The position numbers and the translations under genes were made by a program. A DNA stretch of 32,000 nucleotides from Candidatus Delongbacteria bacterium (GTDB lineage Bacteria > CAIWAD01). Shown here one piece after another: positions 25,739 through 32,000 of the stretch; position 1 is the first letter of the stretch; each line of letters starts with the position of its first letter. The stretch covers positions 434,779 to 466,778 of the forward strand of contig JACKCN010000001.1 in the NCBI GenBank assembly GCA_020634015.1, read 5' to 3'. Under the pieces are notes generated by a model. That model saw nothing but the letters and a program-made list of their open reading frames with translations. It made no database searches and was not told the DNA's origin.

Positions 25739-26803
25739 GTGCGCCGAATCGTGCGATTCTTTCTGATCCTGCTGGTGCTGGCGGTGCTGGCCCTCGCGGC
25801 CGCACTGTCCGTCTCCTGGCCCCTGCGCTGGCTGCCGGCGGGGCTGCCTCCGGGTGGCTGGAAGGATGGCACCTTGACCCTCTGGCCCGGTCCCACCCTG
25901 CGCTGGCCCGCGATCACACTTGCCATCTCACGGGACAGCCTGAGGCTGGAATCCCTGAGCCTGAAAGCGGATGGCCTCGGGTCGCTGCGCCGTTGGTGGT
26001 CCGCGGACGAGCCATTGCTGGCCGACCTGCGGGTGAGCCATGCGCAATGGAACCGCCTGCCCCTGGAAGGGCTCAGCGGACGCATGCGACTGGTTGCCGA
26101 CACCCTTGAAGTCCAGAACCTGCATTCACGACTGGCGGGACAGGCGCTGGACGGGCGCTGGCTGGTGCTGCGCAAGCCAGGTGCCCTGCCCGCATGGACC
26201 CTTGACCTGCAGTCGGAACGCCTGGTCCTGGACAGTCTCTGGGCCCTGCTCTATCCTGAACGCAGCTGGACTCTGGGTGGTCTGGCGGACGTGACCCTGC
26301 GGATCCGTCAGTCGCGCAGCGGCAGGACATCCCATTCCTTCGTGGCACACGCACGGGATGTGGAACTGGCCAGCTGGCCCGTGGCACTGGAATTGAAGAA
26401 GCAACTGGGACTCGAGTTCCTGGATCCGCTGATGGCCGACTCATTGAGCATGGAGCTGGTGGGTGATACGGTCAGCAGCCGCCTGAACCGGATGGAGCTG
26501 TGGACGAGTCTGGGCCTGATCACGGCCTCGGGCCCATTGGGCAATCCAGAGGATCCCACCCAGAAACTGGCGCTCGCGGTGGATCTGGCTCTCAATGAAT
26601 CCGGTCGCCGGCAGCTGTCGCTTCCGGGCGGACTCGATCAGGGGCTGGAATGGCTGGCCGACCCGGATGGCATCCTGCACATCAAGGGCACGGTCACGGG
26701 CAGCCTGGAGAAACCGGAACTTCGTGTGGACACCTCAGCCCTGAAGAAGAAGGTCGAAGAAGGTGTGCGCTCGCTGTTCAGGAAACTGCTGGGACGTCAC
26801 TGA
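25739..26803 (+). CDS. AsmA-like / DUF748-like envelope protein with N-terminal membrane anchor
   Basis: 354 aa. GTG start with GGAG 5 nt upstream. Anchor IVRFFLILLVLAVLALAAAL. The C-terminus ILHIKGTVTGSLEKPELRVD resembles the conserved AsmA-family C-terminal segment. The assignment is tentative. Confidence 0.5.
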   Translation: MRRIVRFFLILLVLAVLALAAALSVSWPLRWLPAGLPPGGWKDGTLTLWPGPTLRWPAITLAISRDSLRLESLSLKADGLGSLRRWWSADEPLLADLRVSHAQWNRLPLEGLSGRMRLVADTLEVQNLHSRLAGQALDGRWLVLRKPGALPAWTLDLQSERLVLDSLWALLYPERSWTLGGLADVTLRIRQSRSGRTSHSFVAHARDVELASWPVALELKKQLGLEFLDPLMADSLSMELVGDTVSSRLNRMELWTSLGLITASGPLGNPEDPTQKLALAVDLALNESGRRQLSLPGGLDQGLEWLADPDGILHIKGTVTGSLEKPELRVDTSALKKKVEEGVRSLFRKLLGRH

Positions 26804-27381
26804 TCCGGCATCCCGGGCCGTCTGGCCGGATCATCCGTGAAACGCACGCGCCATTCGTCCTCGAGCATGCTGAAGCAATCGTGATCCACATAGTGGTCGT
26901 AGAGCCACTCGTTCTCGCGGGAGACTCCTTCGGAGGTGAAGCCCAGGCGCACGGGAATCGCGCGGCTGCGGGCGTTTCCCGTGGCACACTGGATCATCAC
27001 CTTGTGCAGACCCAGTTCGCCGAACAGGTGATCGAGCATGGTCGCCACACAGGCGGTCACGATCCCCCGCCCTTCCAGACGCTGGTCCAGCCAATAGCCC
27101 ACACTGGTGCGGCCGTTGACACGGTCCACCTGATGGGTGCCGATCACGCCCCCCAATCGCCCGTCCACCCAGATTCCGAAATGCACTTCGAAGTACAGCA
27201 GGACGCGCTTGCGTACCGCGCGGATGAACTGCAGGCTGTCCTGCTCGCAGCGGGTGGCATCCAGCCAGGGCAGCCAGCGCCGGAGGTGGGTCCGGTTGTG
27301 ATCGGTTACCCGGAACAGTTCGGCCGCGTGTTCCTCTTCGAACTCGCGCAGCACGACGCCTGGGCGCACACGCAATTCCAT
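26797..27381 (-). CDS. GNAT-family N-acetyltransferase (RimJ/RimL-like)
   Basis: ORF 26797..27642 trimmed to ATG 27381 (AAGGA upstream). MELRVRPGVVLREFEEEHAAELFRV...SVGYWLDQRLEGRGIVTACVATMLDHLF...HKVMIQCATGNARSRAIPVRLGFTSEG is the acetyl-CoA-binding R-G-x-G region and the family-typical end. The upstream part of the ORF is read-through of the neighbouring gene's antisense. Confidence 0.85.
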   Translation of the reverse strand: MELRVRPGVVLREFEEEHAAELFRVTDHNRTHLRRWLPWLDATRCEQDSLQFIRAVRKRVLLYFEVHFGIWVDGRLGGVIGTHQVDRVNGRTSVGYWLDQRLEGRGIVTACVATMLDHLFGELGLHKVMIQCATGNARSRAIPVRLGFTSEGVSRENEWLYDHYVDHDCFSMLEDEWRVRFTDDPARRPGMPDQ

Positions 27382-27406
27382 ACGGTCCTTTCCGCTCGGG
27401 CCGGTC

Positions 27407-27880
27407 TCAGAGACTGCGCTTGACCCGGGCGGGCACTCCCGCCACGATCGTGTTGGCGGGCACATTCTTCGTGACCACACTGCCTGCGCCCACGATGGCG
27501 TTCTCGCCGATCTCGATGCCGCAGAGAATCGTGCTGCCCGTGCCGATCGAGGCTCCGCGACCGACGCGCGTGGGCACCACGCTCCAGTCCGCTTCGGTCT
27601 GAGGACTGCCATCCGGGTTGGCGGCGCGCGGGTACTTGTCATTGATGAAGTTCACGTTGTGCCCCACGAAGACACCGTCCTCGATCGTGACACCCTCGCA
27701 GATGAACGTATGACTCGAGATCTTGCAGCGGTCGCCAATGGTCACGCCCTTCTGGATTTCCACGAAGGCCCCGACCTTGCTGTCACGACCAATCCTGCAG
27801 CCGTAGAGATTGACGAACGCGAAGACGCGGCTGCCTTCGCCGATGCAGACATCCTCGGCAATGCGCTGATACATTTCCAT
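27407..27880 (-). CDS. Left-handed beta-helix (hexapeptide-repeat) sugar N-acetyltransferase, WbpD/WlbB-like
   Basis: ORF 27407..28168 trimmed to ATG 27880. It has repeated [LIV]-G-x4 hexapeptides throughout (IGEGSRV, IGRDSKV, IGDRCKI, IEDGVFV, IGTGSTI, IGENAIV, VGAGSVV). It lies adjacent to the oxidoreductase and aminotransferase partners. Confidence 0.85.
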   Translation of the reverse strand: MEMYQRIAEDVCIGEGSRVFAFVNLYGCRIGRDSKVGAFVEIQKGVTIGDRCKISSHTFICEGVTIEDGVFVGHNVNFINDKYPRAANPDGSPQTEADWSVVPTRVGRGASIGTGSTILCGIEIGENAIVGAGSVVTKNVPANTIVAGVPARVKRSL

Positions 27881-27984
27881 GATGGGATCCTGAAGTTGAG
27901 GTCTGTGCCCGGCCGGCCGGCCGGTGGGGAATGGAACACGGCGCGCCCGGACCAAAGCCCGGGCGCACGCGAAACAGGCAGGGT

Positions 27985-28989
27985 TCAGCGGGCGATCTCG
28001 ATGCGGGCGCCCTGGTTCTTGAGCGACCGATCGGCGGCTTCCAGCACGGCCACGACCGTGCGACCGGCGTGACCGTCGGTCAGTGGTGCACGGCCTTCGC
28101 GGATCGAGTCCACGAATTCGCGCATCATGCGGCTGAGGGCTTCGGTCTGGTCGATCTTGGGAGCGCACATGTCGCCGGTACGGTACTGGACCAGGGTTTC
28201 CCAGACCTGCTCCTTGCCGGTGACTTCCACGCCCTTGTCGTAGACCTTGACCTTCTCGCTGGGCTCCATGTCGTCGTAGACCACCATGTGGCGTGTGCCA
28301 CCCAGCAGGATCTGGCGCACCTTGACCGGCGAGATCCAGTTCACGTGGAAGTGCGCCATCACGCTGCCCGGGAAGTGCACGGTGAGGTAGGCGATGTCTT
28401 CGTAGTTGTTGAAGTGGCAGGAACCGGTGGCCGACACGGCAATCGGTGAGTCGCCAATGAACCAGTCCATGATCGAGATGTCATGGGGCGCCAGATCCCA
28501 GACCACGTTGGAGTCATGCTGGAACAGGCCCAGGTTGACGCGCACCGAGTCGAAATAGAGAATCTCGCCGATCTCGCCGCGGTCGATCAGTTCCTTGACC
28601 TTGCGCACCGCGCCATTGTAGATGAAGGTGTGGTCCACCATCAGTCGCAGGTTCTTCTTCTCGGCCAGGGCGATCAGCTCGTCACATTCCCGGGTCGAGG
28701 CGGCCATGGGCTTCTCCAGCAGGAGATGCTTGCCCGCACCCAGTACCTGCATGCCGATGGGATGGTGGGTGGAAATGGGGGTGGACACGGCCACGGCGGT
28801 CACGTCATCGCGCCCCAGCAGCTGATCGATGTGTTCCACCGTTTCCACCATCGGGAACTTCTGGCGGATCTTCTCAAGCTGGCCCGCATCACGATCACAG
28901 ACCACCACTCCCTCGATGCCGGGGGTGGACAGCAGGTTGCGGACCAGATTGGGTCCCCAATAACCAAGACCGATGACTCCTGCCTTCAT
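27985..28989 (-). CDS. Gfo/Idh/MocA-family NAD-dependent sugar-nucleotide oxidoreductase, WbpB/WlbA-like
   Basis: ORF 27985..29016 trimmed to ATG 28989 (GGAG 6 nt upstream). MKAGVIGLGYWGPNLVRNL Rossmann start and the LLLEKPMA (EKP) motif. Confidence 0.85.
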   Translation of the reverse strand: MKAGVIGLGYWGPNLVRNLLSTPGIEGVVVCDRDAGQLEKIRQKFPMVETVEHIDQLLGRDDVTAVAVSTPISTHHPIGMQVLGAGKHLLLEKPMAASTRECDELIALAEKKNLRLMVDHTFIYNGAVRKVKELIDRGEIGEILYFDSVRVNLGLFQHDSNVVWDLAPHDISIMDWFIGDSPIAVSATGSCHFNNYEDIAYLTVHFPGSVMAHFHVNWISPVKVRQILLGGTRHMVVYDDMEPSEKVKVYDKGVEVTGKEQVWETLVQYRTGDMCAPKIDQTEALSRMMREFVDSIREGRAPLTDGHAGRTVVAVLEAADRSLKNQGARIEIAR

Positions 28990-29012
28990 GGCTCTCTCCA
29001 GTTGCGCTGCCA

Positions 29013-30455
29013 TCATCCGCCTCCCCGCCCGAAGAGCATCACCGGAATGGTCCGGAAAATGATGCCCAGATCCAGCAGGATGCTTGGATTCTGGATGTAA
29101 TACAGGTCCAGGATCACCATGTCGTCAAAACCGACTTCGCTGCGGCCGTTCACCTGCCAGACGCCGGTGCAGCCGGGCACGACGCTCAGTCGCTTGCGGT
29201 GCCAGGGCTTGTAGTTGTCGTATTCGTAGGGAAGACAGGGGCGTGGCCCCACCAGGCTCATCTCGCCGCGCAGCACGTTCAGCAGCTGGGGCAGCTCGTC
29301 CAGGCTGGTCTTGCGCAGAAAGGCGCCCACGCGTGTCACGCGCGTGTTGTTGACGATCTTGGTCTGCCCGGGCTCGGCAACCTTGCCCGCGCGAATGAAG
29401 GCCTGCAGGTTCTGGACGCGCTGCGGGTCGGCATCGGAGCCCACCAGCATCGAGCGGAACTTGAAGAAGCGGAAATGCTGGCCGTTCTTGCCCACGCGGG
29501 TCTGGGTGTGAAAGATCGGCCCCTTGCTTTCCAGCCGTATCAGCGCTGCCAGGGTCAGAAACAGGGGCGAGAGCACGAGCATGCCCGCCAGACTGAACAG
29601 CACGTCCACCCCGCGCTTGAAGATGCGGTGCGGCAGCTGCTGCCCGTAACGCGTCACATCCACCACGGGGATGTTGGCGTACTTGTCGGTGAACAGACGC
29701 TCGGGAATCACCCGGTAGAGCGGTGAGGCGATCTTGATGAAGGCCGAGGTGTTCATGGCGATGTCCACCGCCCGGAACAGGGCGTTGTGATCGGCCCGGT
29801 CGAGGCAGAGCAGCACTTCGTTCACACGGTGCTCGCGCACCAGGGCGGGAATCGATTCGGTGCTGCCCAGCACGGCCAGCCCGTTCTGGACCATGAAGCC
29901 TTCGGGCAGCTCGTCGTCGGCAAAGCCCACCAGTTTCAGCCCGTAGGGATTGTGGCGTTCCAGGCGACTCACCAGTTCCCGCCCCGTCTCCCCCGTGCCC
30001 ACCACCAGCACACGCCGACTGTAGACCCGCATGTTGGTCAGCAGGATGAAGATGCTGCGGAACAGAATGACCCGCACGAAGAGGAACAGGGTCATGCTCA
30101 GCCCGGCGAAGTAGAGCAGCGCCAGGCGGCTGTCCACGATCACCGAGGACTTGGTGAAGAAGGAAAGGATGGCGATGCCGGCCAGCATCAGGAAGTAGGC
30201 CTTGCTCAGCCTCCAGGCATGCTCGCCCGCGCTGAGGAAGACATTGATCTTGTAGAGTTTCTGCTGGCGGAAGATCAGCACGGCCACGACGCCGTAGAGC
30301 ATGAAGAACAGCACTTCCGGGGCGACCCAGGGGGCGTGCTCGAAGAAGACGTCGATGCGGGAGGCCGTGCGCAGCTTGAGGGCGAAGATGAAGCTCAGGT
30401 TCAGAGTCAACCAGTCAATCAGCGCAAGCAGATACTTGTATTTCGGCGTCTTCAA
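29013..30455 (-). CDS. Polyprenyl-phosphate glycosyl-1-phosphate transferase (WbaP/EPS-type initiating sugar transferase, large form)
   Basis: N-terminal TM bundle, a central Rossmann-like region (RVLVVGTGETGRELV) and the C-terminal Bac_transf domain (KRGVDVLFSLAGMLVLSPLF...IFHTQTRVGKNGQHFRFFKFRSM...DELPQLLNVLRGEMSLVGPRP). The start is uncertain. TTG 30455 is chosen because GGAG lies 5 nt upstream. The longest ORF starts at TTG 30512 with no SD. Confidence 0.85.
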   Translation of the reverse strand: MKTPKYKYLLALIDWLTLNLSFIFALKLRTASRIDVFFEHAPWVAPEVLFFMLYGVVAVLIFRQQKLYKINVFLSAGEHAWRLSKAYFLMLAGIAILSFFTKSSVIVDSRLALLYFAGLSMTLFLFVRVILFRSIFILLTNMRVYSRRVLVVGTGETGRELVSRLERHNPYGLKLVGFADDELPEGFMVQNGLAVLGSTESIPALVREHRVNEVLLCLDRADHNALFRAVDIAMNTSAFIKIASPLYRVIPERLFTDKYANIPVVDVTRYGQQLPHRIFKRGVDVLFSLAGMLVLSPLFLTLAALIRLESKGPIFHTQTRVGKNGQHFRFFKFRSMLVGSDADPQRVQNLQAFIRAGKVAEPGQTKIVNNTRVTRVGAFLRKTSLDELPQLLNVLRGEMSLVGPRPCLPYEYDNYKPWHRKRLSVVPGCTGVWQVNGRSEVGFDDMVILDLYYIQNPSILLDLGIIFRTIPVMLFGRGGG

Positions 30456-30815
30456 ACGAACTCCCGCGAATGCTGGCCGGAACGTCCAGGACGGGTGGGG
30501 GTGCCGTCGCAAAGCATGCTGATTCAGGTCGGGCGTGCCCGGATGATGATGGATTCACCGCGGCTCCGGTGGAGGGAGCCGGAAAGCACATCATCGGCAG
30601 AAAGGCCCGGCGAATTTGACGACAAGCGGGGAAAGCAGGAAAAATCCAGCAGGGCTGGCAGAAGCTGCGACAATCTGGCACCTTGTGCGCGACCCTGAAT
30701 CGCTGTGGAACCGCGTCCGTGCCACGAACCGCCTCGGGTAACGCCTGCAGCAAAACAGCCCTCCAGGGAATGAAGAGCCGTCATTCCATCACCATTTGCT
30801 GCTCAGGAGACCCAG

Positions 30816-31922
30816 ATGAACGTCCCCTTTGTCGATCTGAAGGCCCAATATAGATCAATCAAAACGGAAATTGACCAGGCCATCCAGACGATCCTGGACA
30901 ATACGGAGTTCGTCAACGGCCCCACGGTCGCCCGCTTCGAACAGGCCTTCGCGGCCGCACACAATGCCCGCCACGCGGTGGCCTGCGGCAATGGCACCCA
31001 GGCCCTGCACCTGATCCTCTGGTCGCTTGGCATCGGCCCCGGCGATGAGGTCATCCTGCCCACTCACACCTTCTTCGCCACCGCCGAGGCCGTGCATCTC
31101 TGTGGTGCCACCTGCGTGTTCGCCGAAGTGGAAGAGAGCACCTTCACCCTCGACCCCGCCCGCCTCGAGGCTTTGGTCACCCCGCGCACCAAGGCCGTGA
31201 TGGCCGTGCACCTCTACGGCCAGCCCGCCGATCTGCCCGCCTTGAAGACCTTCTGCGACGCGCACAGGCTCAAGCTGATCGAGGATTCCGCCCAGTCCCA
31301 CTGCGCCGAGATCAACGGCCAGCGCATCGGCACCTTCGGCGTGGCCGCCGGTTTCAGTTTCTACCCGGGCAAGAATCTGGGCGCCTACGGTGAGGGCGGT
31401 GCCATGCTCACCAACGATGACGAGCTGGCGAAGACGGCCCGGATGATCCGCGACCATGGCATGTCGCGCAAGTACGTGCACGAGGTCTGGGGGCACAACT
31501 ACCGCATGGAAGGCTTCCAGGGTGCCGTGCTGGGCGTGAAGATGAATCACATCGAAGCCTGGACCGACGCCCGCCGCCGCAACGCGCGGCTCTACGACGA
31601 AGGCCTGCGCGGCATCGGTCCGGTGCTGGCACCCGTCGAACGGGTCAACGCTCGCCACGTCTACCACCTGTACGTGGTGCGCGTGCCGCAGCGCGCCGAA
31701 CTGATGGAATTCCTCTCGTCGCGCGGCATCGCCAGCGGATTGCATTACCCGGTACCCCTGCACCTGCAGCCCGCCACCGCCAACCTGGGTTACAAGAAGG
31801 GCGACTTCCCGCTGAGCGAGCGGATCTGCGACGAGATCCTCAGCCTGCCCATGTATCCGGAACTGAGCCCGGAACAGATCGAGCTGGTCTGCAGCACAAT
31901 TGGCGAGTTCTACTCAAACTGA
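30816..31922 (+). CDS. DegT/DnrJ/EryC1/StrS-family PLP-dependent sugar aminotransferase, WbpE/WlbC-like
   Basis: 368 aa. MNVPFVDLKAQY opening, AVACGNGTQALHL, DSAQSH, and the PLP-lysine motif SFYPGKNLGAYGEGG. AGGAG RBS lies 7 nt upstream. Confidence 0.9.
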   Translation: MNVPFVDLKAQYRSIKTEIDQAIQTILDNTEFVNGPTVARFEQAFAAAHNARHAVACGNGTQALHLILWSLGIGPGDEVILPTHTFFATAEAVHLCGATCVFAEVEESTFTLDPARLEALVTPRTKAVMAVHLYGQPADLPALKTFCDAHRLKLIEDSAQSHCAEINGQRIGTFGVAAGFSFYPGKNLGAYGEGGAMLTNDDELAKTARMIRDHGMSRKYVHEVWGHNYRMEGFQGAVLGVKMNHIEAWTDARRRNARLYDEGLRGIGPVLAPVERVNARHVYHLYVVRVPQRAELMEFLSSRGIASGLHYPVPLHLQPATANLGYKKGDFPLSERICDEILSLPMYPELSPEQIELVCSTIGEFYSN

Positions 31923-32000
31923 GCACCCTGAGCCACACTCCGGCAGGCCCCTCCGAGGCACCTGCCGATACGCTGAGTACCCCGCCCGGAAGACTGCCGT

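Noticed and set aside
30676-30690. Sigma-54-like promoter: TGGCAC at 30676-30681, followed 5 nt later by GCGC, upstream of the aminotransferase
   Set aside because: The -24 element matches, but the -12 element is GCGC instead of TTGC (only the GC is conserved). No enhancer-binding protein gene is in the window. The evidence is too weak to call.
31941-31970. CGGCAGG ... CCTGCCG inverted repeat after the aminotransferase stop, as a terminator
   Set aside because: The stem is 7 bp, the loop is about 13 nt, and no T-tract follows. The window ends before the context can be judged.

Overview
This is a GC-rich bacterial chromosomal window. Codon position 3 is strongly G/C, which also creates many long spurious antisense ORFs in the supplied track. 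All calls come from reading the translations and the DNA by eye; no searches were run.

I support 27 protein-coding genes. I see no rRNA, tRNA, CRISPR array, transposase, integrase or phage gene, and no canonical defence system.

Genes from left to right:
- the 5' part of an ABC exporter that runs off the left edge (absent from the ORF track)
- an EamA/DMT transporter
- an SRPBCC protein
- a beta-oxidation operon, fadE-fadA-fadN, on the minus strand, with a divergent TetR regulator
- an overlapping rhodanese / MauE-DoxX / alpha-beta-hydrolase trio
- a UDG-superfamily glycosylase
- a small membrane protein
- a convergent pair of very large secreted hydrolases sharing a strong bidirectional terminator: an M4 thermolysin-like metalloprotease, and a lamin-tail-domain plus double-HKD phospholipase-D-type putative extracellular nuclease
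- an NRDE/TANGO2-family gene translationally coupled to a membrane polyferredoxin-TPR fusion
- a MATE efflux pump
- a 288-bp, 24-unit 12-bp tandem array
- a sensor-less cytoplasmic hybrid histidine kinase
- the class I aldolase fbaB
- an XRE-like HTH protein
- an AsmA-like protein
- a glycan-biosynthesis cluster: GNAT, LbH N-acetyltransferase, Gfo/Idh/MocA oxidoreductase, polyprenyl-phosphate sugar transferase and a divergent DegT aminotransferase

The features that gene annotation does not explain, and that look most novel, are:
1. The 12-bp tandem array. It is stop-free in all six frames and could encode an (M/V)(V/A)DE repeat, flanked by a cluster of GACSGTC palindromes.
2. The LTD + PLD + ExeM-like-OB + FN3 nuclease architecture, paired with a protease that carries the same kind of C-terminal FN3-like module.
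3. The NRDE-polyferredoxin-TPR coupling.
4. A near-identical 17-bp GTTCCGGAAT-type palindromic motif upstream of both the hybrid kinase and the protease.
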